Part shown: positions 19,843 through 29,902 of the stretch, one piece after another
Position numbering within the stretch: position 1 is the first letter of the stretch
Layout of the letters: each line of letters starts with the position of its first letter
Assembly (NCBI GenBank): GCA_048940925.1
Contig: JBHLOC010000002.1
Coordinates: 96,001-160,000, forward strand
Length of the DNA: 64,000 nucleotides
Direction: 5' to 3'
Source of the DNA: Promethearchaeota archaeon
GTDB lineage: Archaea; Asgardarchaeota; Lokiarchaeia; Sigyniarchaeales; SOKP01
Notes under the pieces: model-generated
What the model was told of the DNA's origin: nothing
Seen by the model: the letters and a program-made list of their open reading frames with translations, nothing else
The model's database searches: none
Program-made: the position numbers and the translations under genes

Positions 19843-21771
19843 ATGTCTCATCCAGAGCTAAATCAGCTTACATTGGCAGAAGAGCTTTTTGATAATGGCA
19901 AGCTTAATGAAGCTCTTGATATATTAAATGATGAGATCCATTTTGAGGGGCTTACTCTTCAGCAAAAAAGTCATTTTCAGTTTCTTAAGGGTCTAATACT
20001 TTTTTATCATAATAAATGCGATGATCTTATTAATTTAGGTGAGAAAATATATACTGAAGGTCAGAATCGTAATGATTCTCTCCAATCTTTTGATGGGTTG
20101 TGGTTTATTTCCACTGGATTGGGTTTATCGAATAAATATGATGAAGCATTCAAACTTATTAAAAAAACTGAAATCTTTATCAAAAATATTTCGAATGTAT
20201 CTAAAGATGTTTTAACTTTAAGAAAAGTTCGTCTAAGTGTAATAAAGGCTTATGTTGGATTGTTTGGTGGTAAAGTAGATTTGGTTGAGAAATCTTTAGA
20301 GTGGATCTTAGATTCACAAGAAAAATTTGATAAATCATTCGAAATCGTATGGGCTAATCTTTTAATGGGGTGGTTTGATCTTAGTAGGGAGCACTTCAAA
20401 AAAGCATTATCTCTTGCAAAGGAAATTAAATTTAATCACTTCTGGATTGGTTTGTGTCGAATCTTTTTTGGAATGTATTATTTATCTATTGGCGAAATGG
20501 ATAAAAGCTTGAAATATAACAAAAAGGGTTTAGAATTATTTAAAAAGATGAAGAATAATGCTCATATTGCATTTCTATTAAATAATATGGGGATTTTATA
20601 TGGTGAAATGGGTGAATATGAACTTGCTTTGGAACATTTAGAGGAGAGTATAAATCTTTACGAGCAGAATCCTCATAGTTTGTTTAATATAGAAACCACT
20701 ATTGATAGTTTAATAACCTTAGCCATTGAACATGGAGATAACGAACGTGCTCAAAAACATTTTCATCGTCTGGAAGATATTTATAACCAAAAAAGAAACG
20801 ATATAATTGAAATTATTTACAAATTTGATAAAGCCCTAATTTTAAAAACAAGTTCTCGAATCCGAGATAAAGCAAAAGCGGAAGAATTATTCAAAGAACT
20901 TGTAGAAACTGATTTTACAAATTCTGATCTTATTATAAAAGCTCATGTCCATCTTTGTGACTTACTTCTCACGGAATATCGTATAGAGAATAACATTGAG
21001 GTACTTAATGAACTTAATTATTATATTTCCAGGCTATTGGATATTGCTGAAAAGCAACATTCATATCTAGTTTTTTGTGAGGCGTTCATATTACGAGCCA
21101 AAATAGCTTTAATTAGTTTCAATATGAAAACAGCAAGGCGTTATTTAACTCAAGCTCAAAAAATAGCGGAATCTTATGGTATGAAACGATTAACAATGAA
21201 AATTTCATATGAACATGATGAATTACTTAAAAAAACTAAAATGTGGGAGAATTTGAAACCTTCTGAAGTGTCCTTATCTGAACGTTTGGAGCTTAGTGGG
21301 TTGAACGAGCAAATGGGAAATATGGTAAAAAGACGAATGATTGAAGTTCCAGAGATATCAAAAGAAGACCCTGTTATGTTACTAATCTTAACTGAGGGTG
21401 GGAATCTCTTATTCTCTAGAAAATTTATTGAGGAATTTCTTTTTGAAGATGATATCTTAGGGGGCTTTCTAACTTCGATAAATTATTTTATTAGTGAAGT
21501 ATTTTCTGAAGGGCTTGAAAGGGCCGTTTTTGGTCAATATACACTTCTTATGATGCCCCTTGAACCCTTTTTAATTTGTTATATCTTTAAGGGGCACTCT
21601 TATTTTGCTCAACTTAAGATAAAATCTTTTATTACTTCACTACAGAATGATAATTTTATTTGGCAATCTTTACAGAAATTTTTCCAAAAGAGTAAATCTA
21701 TTCAAACTAACGATATCCCATCGCTTGAATCATTGATAATAGAGATTTTTATCAGAAAAAATATTCAGTAG
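19843..21771 (+). CDS. TPR-repeat protein with C-terminal longin-like domain
   Basis: TPRs (LNNMGILYGEMGEYELALEHLEES); C-terminal PVMLLILTEGGNLLFSRKF...DILGGFLTSI, similar to the longin N-termini at 6.7-9.9 kb. Confidence 0.75.
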   Translation: MSHPELNQLTLAEELFDNGKLNEALDILNDEIHFEGLTLQQKSHFQFLKGLILFYHNKCDDLINLGEKIYTEGQNRNDSLQSFDGLWFISTGLGLSNKYDEAFKLIKKTEIFIKNISNVSKDVLTLRKVRLSVIKAYVGLFGGKVDLVEKSLEWILDSQEKFDKSFEIVWANLLMGWFDLSREHFKKALSLAKEIKFNHFWIGLCRIFFGMYYLSIGEMDKSLKYNKKGLELFKKMKNNAHIAFLLNNMGILYGEMGEYELALEHLEESINLYEQNPHSLFNIETTIDSLITLAIEHGDNERAQKHFHRLEDIYNQKRNDIIEIIYKFDKALILKTSSRIRDKAKAEELFKELVETDFTNSDLIIKAHVHLCDLLLTEYRIENNIEVLNELNYYISRLLDIAEKQHSYLVFCEAFILRAKIALISFNMKTARRYLTQAQKIAESYGMKRLTMKISYEHDELLKKTKMWENLKPSEVSLSERLELSGLNEQMGNMVKRRMIEVPEISKEDPVMLLILTEGGNLLFSRKFIEEFLFEDDILGGFLTSINYFISEVFSEGLERAVFGQYTLLMMPLEPFLICYIFKGHSYFAQLKIKSFITSLQNDNFIWQSLQKFFQKSKSIQTNDIPSLESLIIEIFIRKNIQ

Positions 21772-21874
21772 AATTGTAATATTCAATCACTCCAGCACAC
21801 CAAAATTTTATATTAAACTAAACCTAGTCTTACATTAAAAAAAAATTATATTTTCATTAAGAATTAGAAATCTG

Positions 21875-22417
21875 ATGAATATTTCTGAGGAATTTCGATT
21901 TAAGATAGTAGTTGTTGGAGATGGAGCTGTAGGTAAAACATCCTTAATTAAAAAATACACAAAAGGAACATTTGAAAAGGATTATGTAAAAACAATCGGG
22001 GCTCAGTTTTCAAAATATAATAAAGAAATTAATGGAGACATGATTAGGTTAATATTCTGGGATATAGCAGGTCAAGATGATTTCAATTTTCTGCATCATT
22101 TGTTTTATAAAGAGGCTAAAGCAGCAATTATAGTATATAGCCTTGAAGAAAATGAACTTGGGAAAAATAGCTTTACACATATAAAGAACTGGCATGAAGT
22201 AGTAGTAGAAAATTGTGGAAATATTCCAGTGGTATTATTTGCTAATAAAATAGATTTAGTGGACGAAAATAATCTAAATATCACAAAAATCCAAAATCTT
22301 GTTGATCAACTTAATTTTTTGAAATTTTTCTTCACATCCGCAAAAACTGGGCAAAGGGTTGTTGAAGCGTTTAACGCGATTATAGAACAACTATATTTTA
22401 AATTCAAATCGTTGTAA
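21875..22417 (+). CDS. Rab-like small GTPase (paralogue of 12453..12995)
   Basis: GDGAVGKTS, WDIAGQ, NKID, TSAK; no prenylation motif. Confidence 0.92.
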   Translation: MNISEEFRFKIVVVGDGAVGKTSLIKKYTKGTFEKDYVKTIGAQFSKYNKEINGDMIRLIFWDIAGQDDFNFLHHLFYKEAKAAIIVYSLEENELGKNSFTHIKNWHEVVVENCGNIPVVLFANKIDLVDENNLNITKIQNLVDQLNFLKFFFTSAKTGQRVVEAFNAIIEQLYFKFKSL

Positions 22418-22595
22418 AAAATAGTATGAATCCATGAAATTATATATTTTAATTTTTTAACATTTCTCTATTTTTAGTTTTATGATGATATATCAAGAAG
22501 TTAACATATTTGAAAAAAAATTGAAAATTACATTTTTTTAGCTACCTTCGATAAACACTTTAAAGGTTTAATACCTTCAATTATTAATTGAGATT

Positions 22596-22997
22596 ATGAT
22601 TATTATGAATGCTAAAGAATTTATGGATCAATTGAAAGAAGTTCAGAAATTAATGAATTTAGAAAAATATAAAGAAGCAATTATAATCCTTGACAAATTA
22701 AAAGAATTAGAAAAAAAGGGCGAATATAATTTTAATTACAGTTTAATCCACACTTTATATCAAATAGATTCTAATTGTCGGTCAAATTATAATCAAGCAA
22801 TCATATTAACTCATATTAAAAAGATTTCAAATAAACAAAAATTAATTTCTTTGCAAGAATTAAATAAAATCATTAAAAACGACGAAGAATTGGATATTAA
22901 CGAGGACATTTTAAGAAGAGAAGTGGAATTACTTATTCTAAGAAATTTAATAACTGGTGTCATAAAAAAAGACTCAATTATTTTAAAATCAAGTTAA
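22596..22997 (+). CDS. Helical hairpin + winged-helix protein (PCI-like)
   Basis: TPR-like N-terminal helices; ISLQEL...EVELLILRNLITGVI. Confidence 0.45.
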   Translation: MIIMNAKEFMDQLKEVQKLMNLEKYKEAIIILDKLKELEKKGEYNFNYSLIHTLYQIDSNCRSNYNQAIILTHIKKISNKQKLISLQELNKIIKNDEELDINEDILRREVELLILRNLITGVIKKDSIILKSS

Positions 22998-23214
22998 TTA
23001 GATTGGGGGCTATAGTAAATAAATTCTCAATTTTTTGAAAAACATAGTAAAGATATAATTAGATCAAATTTTTATTTAATCTACTATCTGAGAAATATTT
23101 TGCTTATACCTAAAGCATAGAATAACTTGTCTTTCAGGAAAATTTAATATAAATTTTCTAGCATTTTTTAAGTCTATTTTTTAATTCAGTATTAAAATTC
23201 TCCTAAGATAAATT

Positions 23215-23808
23215 ATGATAGTAGATCATCTTGATAAAACGATTAGCATAAAAATTGTATATTTTGGTCCAGCTTTATCAGGTAAGACGACTTCTATAAA
23301 ATCTCTATTTTCTCACTTTGGTAAAAAGGAAGACTTAAAATCGATTGAGAGCACTGTAAAAAGGACTTTATTTTTTGATTATGGTGTGGTGACATTCCAA
23401 AATGAGGAATGGTTGTTAAAAATTAACATTTATACTACAACTGGTCAAGATTTTTACATTATAACAAGACCAATTACTATACGGGCAGTTGATGGGATTA
23501 TTTTTGTTATCGATTCCCAAAAGAAAGTATATGAAAGGAATTTAATTTCTTGGAATGAATTAACATCATATTTTCAAGATGTTCTTAACAATATTCCAAT
23601 TATAATAGCCTTTAATAAACAAGATTTACCAGATAAATTCAATTCTATACAATTCCTAAAAAGAATCACCTTTCAAAAGTACAAAAGAATGGATTCACGA
23701 AATACTATAGCTATTAATGGAGAAGGTATTTTAGAATGTTTTGAAGAGATATTAAGATTAATTTTGAAAAAATATTTTGATTATAAAGAAATTTCAGCAG
23801 TTCATTAG
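23215..23808 (+). CDS. MglA-like small GTPase
   Basis: KIVYFGPALSGKTT, RTLFFD, YTTTGQ, VDGIIFVIDS, NKQD. Confidence 0.85.
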   Translation: MIVDHLDKTISIKIVYFGPALSGKTTSIKSLFSHFGKKEDLKSIESTVKRTLFFDYGVVTFQNEEWLLKINIYTTTGQDFYIITRPITIRAVDGIIFVIDSQKKVYERNLISWNELTSYFQDVLNNIPIIIAFNKQDLPDKFNSIQFLKRITFQKYKRMDSRNTIAINGEGILECFEEILRLILKKYFDYKEISAVH

Positions 23809-23828
23809 AGAATATAGTTCAAGTTTAC

Positions 23829-25049
23829 CTAAAAAAAACTTGCTTCCGCGACAGGTGTTTGTATCCTAATACTTTGTTGACTGTTATCTTCTAAAATAGT
23901 AATAAGAGCTGAAATATCCTGCTTAATTTCATAGATAATCTCTTTTTCTTCATCCTTTTTCCATATATTAAATCCAGTTAAATTTGGAGCAGTTTCAAAT
24001 AATCCTTCTTGTAACCCTAATACTTTAACAGTCACACCTTGAAGCTTTTCTTTTGAGATATTCTTTATTCTTAATTTATATCTATCGATATCAGAGTCAA
24101 TAGAAATGACCTTATAGACTTTTTGAAATTTAGAAGAGATTCCGTCGAATAAAGAAGAAGCTTCAGCAGCACCACCCGCGAATAAATCAACACCAGCTTT
24201 TTCTTCTGAAATAGGACTTCCTGTAATTGTAATAGGGACTTCTAATTTGATTGGTTCTTGCCCAAATTCAGGTTTCTTTTTTCCTATAATTAATAATGAC
24301 CATTTGGTATAAGCACCATAACGAAAACCAAAAAGTTCTTTTTCAGAAGGAGACCATAGATAATTATGAGTTGGTTCTGCGATTTCAGGGACTTTTAAAA
24401 GCAAAAATCCTTTATCAATATTTGTGGTTTTGCTATCACCTGCTATTGCGGGTGGGAGTTCTTCAACTTTACTGCAATTTTGCCCATATGCTTCACAGTA
24501 GCACACTATATTTGCATTTTGTAAAAGTCTTACTTCAATCTCTCTTAGAATATCAGAGGTGAAACTTATTTTAATTGTTTCACCAGGTTTATAAATGTCT
24601 TTAGTAAGTAAGACATTTAATCCTGAAATTGAAAATGAAATAGGATTTGGCATTTTAGTTTGAAGACCAGAGTCTTTTGCTTTTATCTCTATATCATGAG
24701 TTTTATTAATAATTAACTCATCTTCAGGATTGATTGGATTTGGTTGTCTTAATATTAATTTTAAAAAATATTTTAAATTTCGATTCTTAATGGTAGGAAC
24801 TACATTTGATTTTATTAAAAGGGATTTTTCTCTGATATATTCTCCTGCTTCAAAATGGCCTTTACTAAACACTTCCTCTTTAGAGACCTGAAGCTCTCTC
24901 AAACATGGAGGATTTGTAATTAATCGAATACCACTCCACAAAATATCAGAGTCTTTCTCAAAATTAAATTTAGTTCTAACAGTAAGCTTATCTCCAATGA
25001 ATACAGAACCTTCACCTAAGTCTCTTAATTCTAGTTTTACCAAGTCCAA
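23829..25049 (-). CDS. Arrestin/Vps26/Spo0M-like beta-sandwich protein with an extra C-terminal Ig-like domain
   Basis: GEY....L.....VPT......Y.LKL (arrestin-N-like) and LNVLLTKDIYKPGETIKI (arrestin-C-like). Confidence 0.55.
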   Translation of the reverse strand: MDLVKLELRDLGEGSVFIGDKLTVRTKFNFEKDSDILWSGIRLITNPPCLRELQVSKEEVFSKGHFEAGEYIREKSLLIKSNVVPTIKNRNLKYFLKLILRQPNPINPEDELIINKTHDIEIKAKDSGLQTKMPNPISFSISGLNVLLTKDIYKPGETIKISFTSDILREIEVRLLQNANIVCYCEAYGQNCSKVEELPPAIAGDSKTTNIDKGFLLLKVPEIAEPTHNYLWSPSEKELFGFRYGAYTKWSLLIIGKKKPEFGQEPIKLEVPITITGSPISEEKAGVDLFAGGAAEASSLFDGISSKFQKVYKVISIDSDIDRYKLRIKNISKEKLQGVTVKVLGLQEGLFETAPNLTGFNIWKKDEEKEIIYEIKQDISALITILEDNSQQSIRIQTPVAEASFF

Positions 25050-25300
25050 ACAGATTTAACGTTTATTATTATCTTAATTTTATTATTTAAAATATAGACT
25101 TTTATAAAAATTTTTTATTATTAATTGTTAAGACTTATGGATTTAAGTATTTTAGCTATACATTTAAGATTTTTTTCAAGAGTGTTAAAGTGTTAGTGAA
25201 TTTATAAGAATTATTCGTACGTATGAGTCAAAATTATTAAATTGTCGATAAGTAAATAATTTAACTCAATATTATTATTATAATAGAAAAAAGAAGTATT

Positions 25301-26032
25301 ATGATTAAGAAAATGTCAAAAAGATTAGGCTCTACTATTAAAGCAATTCTCTTCGATCTAGATAAAACACTTCTTGAAGTCGACCTAGATATGTTTGTCT
25401 CACAATACATAAAACTTTTAGCCCAAAGCGTAGCTTCTCTAAATATATCTCCTAAAAAGTTTATTTCAAAGTTAATGAAAGCTTCCAGAGCTGTTGAGAG
25501 AAATAATGGTCATATTACAAACGAAGAAGTGTATGCTAATGCTTTTTTTCCTTTAGAAGGGCATTCTAGAGAGGAAATCGAACCTTTTTTCGACAAGTTT
25601 TATAAAAATGATTTTCATAAATTAAAACAATGTACTAAAAGAAAACCTGAAGCAAGAGAAGTGGTTCAAACTGCTTTTGATAAGGGTTATGATGTAGTAA
25701 TAGCTACGATGCCAATCGTGCCAAGAATTGCTATTGAAAAACGTCTTGAATGGGCCGGTGTAGCGGATTTTCCTTATCGTTTAATCACCACCCTCGAAAA
25801 TAGTTGTGCTTCTAAATCTTTAATTCATCTAATATATTATGAGCAAATTTTAGATAGAATCGGTTATAGTGCGGAGAATTGTCTAATGGTTGGCGATGAG
25901 GATAGAGATATGGTTTGCAAACGACTCGGATTACAAACTTTTCTAATTGAAGGTAATCATAAGAAATGGGATAACAGTGTTCCAGAACCAACATATAGAG
26001 GTTCTTTGGAAGTTTTAAAATCTTTACTTTAA
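25301..26032 (+). CDS. HAD-family hydrolase
   Basis: FDLDKTLL motif I, IAT motif II, LMVGD..D motif IV. Confidence 0.85.
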   Translation: MIKKMSKRLGSTIKAILFDLDKTLLEVDLDMFVSQYIKLLAQSVASLNISPKKFISKLMKASRAVERNNGHITNEEVYANAFFPLEGHSREEIEPFFDKFYKNDFHKLKQCTKRKPEAREVVQTAFDKGYDVVIATMPIVPRIAIEKRLEWAGVADFPYRLITTLENSCASKSLIHLIYYEQILDRIGYSAENCLMVGDEDRDMVCKRLGLQTFLIEGNHKKWDNSVPEPTYRGSLEVLKSLL

Positions 26033-26041
26033 TATTTTACG

Positions 26042-26206
26042 CTAAGGCCATGTATATCCAATTTTTGTCATACTATAAATATGAGTGGGATCTTCTATTA
26101 GTAATTTAGCTAAACATTTAGAACAAAGATAAACTTCTTTAGTCTTACCACTAAAGAAGCACATAAATAACTTCTCTTTCTTTAAACAGCCCTCACATCT
26201 CATCAT
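26042..26206 (-). CDS. Small zinc-finger protein (54 aa), absent from the ORF track
   Basis: Manual translation MMRCEGCLKKEKLFMCFFSGKTKEVYLCSKCLAKLLIEDPTHIYSMTKIGYTWP; two CxxC pairs. Confidence 0.6.
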   Translation of the reverse strand: MMRCEGCLKKEKLFMCFFSGKTKEVYLCSKCLAKLLIEDPTHIYSMTKIGYTWP

Positions 26207-26384
26207 TCAACTTATAATCTTTTATGAAAAGATAAAAATATTTTTATTAAATTCTCAATAATTTTCGGATGAAATTTTCTTTTTATACTCTGAAGCTATA
26301 AGAGTTAAAGTTAAATACAAAATCTTTTATAATTTTTTTTAAAAAGAAAATACTTTACTTCCCATTATTATCCCATCACTTTGA

Positions 26385-27257
26385 ATGTTATTTTTAGAGC
26401 TTACAAAAATGAATGATCTCATATTGTTATGTTTGATTATGTTTATGTGTGTAAGGGCTATAGGATTAGGAGTTTCGATTGATTTCTTTTATGATTCAAA
26501 AGATCATAAATTCTTATATTTTATATTATGTTGGTGTTTTTGGATTGTCGCTAATATTTTTCCGATAATTGTTGATTTGACAGAAATTAATATTTTAATG
26601 GAGTTTTATCTCGTGTTAAATATATTGTTTGCTGTTCTCGGCTTTGTTTTTTATATTTGGGGATTTTTCAAATATTATCTAAAAGTGCCTTTTAGATTTA
26701 TGGTATTTTTAACAATAATTACCATAACAATTCCCCTTTTACTATATATTATAATTGATTATATAAGTGCAATTCTGTTTTCTATGTTCCTTCTTAATAT
26801 TTTACTTTTAGGTGGTTACATTATACCTCTAGTAAAAAAGAAAGACTTTATTAAATATATGGGAAAAAGTTTAAGATGGTATTTTGCGATAATATTAACA
26901 TTTATTATTTATTTCCCCGTTTCAGCTATAAGCATCTCATTGGGCTATAGTTATGGACTGTATAATGCTGAAAATACATTGATTATAATACTGTATTATG
27001 TTCCTACTATTAGCTCTACTTTTTTACTTATTATATTACTTGTTCATCTTGAATATACCATTTCTTCTCGGGAAAAATTTGGACTGAAAGATAAATATTC
27101 TCATAATCTAGGAAATATTATGCAAGTAATTTATAGTGCTTCTGACATTGTTAAGAGGACAACTAAAATAGAAAATGAAGAAGAAGAAAAATTAGACTTG
27201 ATTGAAAGAAAATGTAAGGAAGCTTCTAAATTAATAAAAGAGATTAGGAAACTTTAA
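26385..27257 (+). CDS. 7TM sensor with C-terminal HisKA/DHp-like helix pair and no HATPase domain (copy 1)
   Basis: About 7 TM helices, then DKYSHNLGNIMQVI H-box-like motif; protein ends about 50 aa later. Confidence 0.65.
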   Translation: MLFLELTKMNDLILLCLIMFMCVRAIGLGVSIDFFYDSKDHKFLYFILCWCFWIVANIFPIIVDLTEINILMEFYLVLNILFAVLGFVFYIWGFFKYYLKVPFRFMVFLTIITITIPLLLYIIIDYISAILFSMFLLNILLLGGYIIPLVKKKDFIKYMGKSLRWYFAIILTFIIYFPVSAISISLGYSYGLYNAENTLIIILYYVPTISSTFLLIILLVHLEYTISSREKFGLKDKYSHNLGNIMQVIYSASDIVKRTTKIENEEEEKLDLIERKCKEASKLIKEIRKL

Positions 27258-27280
27258 AACATCTTTTCGGAGGGATCAGT

Positions 27281-27436
27281 ATCGCCAATATATTTATAAT
27301 TTATAATAATCAAGACCTTGTTGCGCTTTTTAAACGATTCTTAGGATTAAAGGGACATCAATTATTTGCTAAAGTGTTTAATCTTGGTTTGATATATATT
27401 AAATATTTTTATATCTCAAATTTATCATATTGTTAA
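27281..27436 (+). pseudogene. Degenerate receiver-domain N-terminus (remnant of a tandem duplication)
   Basis: IANIFIIYNNQDLVALFKRFLGLKGHQLFAKVFN versus IANIFIIDDDKDIVLLFERLLGLEGHQVIAKAFN at 28347; acidic pocket lost, truncated. Confidence 0.7.
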
Positions 27437-27463
27437 GCATTAAAGAGAGAGGTTAGTTGTACT

Positions 27464-28312
27464 ATGCATGAACTTATATTTTTTAGTATGTTGTTATTAG
27501 TCTTCATAAGATTACTTGGAATTATTGTCTCGGTGAATTTTTACTATGAATCAAAAACTAATACATACATTTATCTCACTATTGGATGGTGTTTTTGGGT
27601 TATCGCTGGCATTGTTACTCTACTTTCTGCAATTGTTATTAATCAAACGCAAGAAAAATTATTTCTTTTAATGAATTATATTTTTGGACCATTAGCAATA
27701 TTTTTTATAACATCTGGACTATGCTCTTATTATATTAACATCTCTTCTAATAAAATTAGAGTTTTCTCTGTGGTCTTAATAATTTTACCCCTAACTATTT
27801 ATCTTTCTTTAGGTATAATTCTTGTCGCGTTTTATGCCCGGATTTTTCAGTTTTTGGGAATCATATTTATGATCTTAATACCTATTTTAAAGTACAACAC
27901 TTTTAAGAAAAAAATTGGGAAAAGCATTAGATGGTATTATCTAATGTGCTTTTCAATAGCTTTATATATACCGATAGCAGTTTTTAGTATGATTACTTCT
28001 ATATCCTCCGGTTTATTCCAAAGTGAAAATATTACTATAATCGTTGGAGCGTATTTATCTATCATAATAATGACTATTTTGCTTATAGCATTCATAATTC
28101 ATTTAGAATATACCATATCTAATAAACAACAATATCAATTGAAAGATAAATATTCTCATGAATTAGGAAATATTATGCAGGTAATTTATAGCGCTTCTGA
28201 CATTGTCAAGAGGATAACTAAATTAGAAAATGATGAAGAAGAAAAATTAAACTTAATTGAAAGAAAATGTAAGGAAGCTTCTAAATTAATAAATGAAATA
28301 AGAAACATCTAA
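27464..28312 (+). CDS. 7TM sensor with DHp-like tail and no HATPase domain (copy 2)
   Basis: DKYSHELGNIMQVI; 3' end nearly identical to copy 1. Confidence 0.65.
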   Translation: MHELIFFSMLLLVFIRLLGIIVSVNFYYESKTNTYIYLTIGWCFWVIAGIVTLLSAIVINQTQEKLFLLMNYIFGPLAIFFITSGLCSYYINISSNKIRVFSVVLIILPLTIYLSLGIILVAFYARIFQFLGIIFMILIPILKYNTFKKKIGKSIRWYYLMCFSIALYIPIAVFSMITSISSGLFQSENITIIVGAYLSIIIMTILLIAFIIHLEYTISNKQQYQLKDKYSHELGNIMQVIYSASDIVKRITKLENDEEEKLNLIERKCKEASKLINEIRNI

Positions 28313-28346
28313 TTATTTTTTAAAAAAGAATTTCTGAGGGATTAAA

Positions 28347-28724
28347 ATAGCTAACATCTTTATTATTGATGATGACAAAGATATAGTTCTATTATTTGAA
28401 CGACTTTTAGGATTAGAGGGACATCAAGTAATTGCAAAAGCTTTCAATGGGGAACAAGCTATAAAAATTTATAAAAATTTCCATAATTTTCCTGACATTA
28501 TTCTAATGGATCATAGAATGCCTCTTAAAAATGGTTTAGAGACTACTAAAGAATTATTGCGTATTGATCCTAATTGTAAGATAATTTTTATTAGTGCAGA
28601 TTATAGTGTTAAAAATGAAGCTTTAGAACAAGGTGCTATTGATTTCTTAGAGAAACCAATAGATTTCTCAACTCTTTTTAAATTAATTGAAAAATATAGA
28701 TTACCTGAAAGCAAAATTCACTAA
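28347..28724 (+). CDS. Stand-alone CheY-like response regulator, apparent non-canonical start (ATA 28347 or ATT 28341)
   Basis: IFIIDDD, PDIILMDHRMP, IIFISA, FLEKP; in-frame TGA at 28335 and no ATG/GTG/TTG before DDD; GAGGG upstream. Confidence 0.85.
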   Translation: MANIFIIDDDKDIVLLFERLLGLEGHQVIAKAFNGEQAIKIYKNFHNFPDIILMDHRMPLKNGLETTKELLRIDPNCKIIFISADYSVKNEALEQGAIDFLEKPIDFSTLFKLIEKYRLPESKIH

Positions 28725-28726
28725 AA

Positions 28727-29311
28727 TTAATGTTTCTTTTTTACTTTTTGATTAATTTCTTCATATCTAAAGCAATCAATTACATGGTCATTTACCATAC
28801 CAACAGCTTGCATAAACGCATAGCAAATTGTTGGACCTACAAATTTGAATCCTCTTTTTTTCAAATCTTTACTCATTTGCTCAGAGATTTCTGTTTTAGA
28901 AGGTAATTCTGAGAGATCTTTAAAATTATTTATTATTTGCTTATGACCTACAAATTTCCATATATATTTATCAAAAGAACCGTACTCTTTTTTAACTTTT
29001 AAAAATGCTTTAGCATTTGATATCACAGCTTCTATTTTTCGTCGATTTCTTATTATTCCTTCATTATTTAGTAATTCTTCTATTATCTTCTCATTATAAT
29101 TTACAATTTTCTGAGCATCAAAATCATTAAATGCTTTTCTATAATTCTCACGCTTTCGCAAGATCGTAGTCCAATTTAAACCTGCTTGAGCACCTTCTAA
29201 ATTTAAAAATTCAAAGAGGAGTCTATCATCATGAATAGGAGTTCCCCATTCTTTATCATGATATTCCCTCATCTGAGGATTGTCACCAACCCAGCTACAG
29301 CGATTAATCAT
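28727..29311 (-). CDS. tag: DNA-3-methyladenine glycosylase I
   Basis: RCSW, YHDKEWG, LEGAQAGLNW, FKFVGPTICYAFMQAVGMVNDH..C. Confidence 0.95.
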   Translation of the reverse strand: MINRCSWVGDNPQMREYHDKEWGTPIHDDRLLFEFLNLEGAQAGLNWTTILRKRENYRKAFNDFDAQKIVNYNEKIIEELLNNEGIIRNRRKIEAVISNAKAFLKVKKEYGSFDKYIWKFVGHKQIINNFKDLSELPSKTEISEQMSKDLKKRGFKFVGPTICYAFMQAVGMVNDHVIDCFRYEEINQKVKKKH

Positions 29312-29484
29312 TACTAATTCAACTAAATACTTTTAATAGATAGCATTAATGCAAATAATAAAATTTGATGCAAAAATTGCCATAAAAATATTATATATAA
29401 CTAGGTAAATTAAGATAAATAAAAAATAATCTTATATCAAATTACAATAAAAAGTGAATTCAATAAAAAATTTCTATTGAATTT

Positions 29485-29832
29485 ATGGGAATGATGGAAG
29501 AAAAAATCTCATTTTGCGGTTTAGATTGTCTTTCTTGTCCAGCTTATATAGCTACTCAACATGGTGATAGAAAAGCATTAGAACGAATTGCAATTGAATG
29601 GTCTAATAATGAACTTAAATTTGATTCAAAAAATATTGATTGTGTGGGGTGTACTGAAGATGGACGTCACTTTAGTTGGTGTGATATCTGTCCGATAAGA
29701 AAATGCGGAATGGGAAAAAAAATAAAAAATTGCGCACATTGCATATATTATCCCTGTGAAGAATTAAATCAATCTCTTAAAAATTCATTTAAGGCAAGAC
29801 AAAAACTAGATGACATTAGAAAAAATCTATAA
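29485..29832 (+). CDS. Cys-rich DUF3795-like protein
   Basis: CGLDCLSCPAY, CVGC, C.IRKC, NCAHC..YPC. Confidence 0.75.
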   Translation: MGMMEEKISFCGLDCLSCPAYIATQHGDRKALERIAIEWSNNELKFDSKNIDCVGCTEDGRHFSWCDICPIRKCGMGKKIKNCAHCIYYPCEELNQSLKNSFKARQKLDDIRKNL

Positions 29833-29902
29833 TATTATTATTCTCTATTAGATTTTTCAAAATTTTTACATTAGAATAAATAATATTCTAAAAACTCCAT
29901 TT

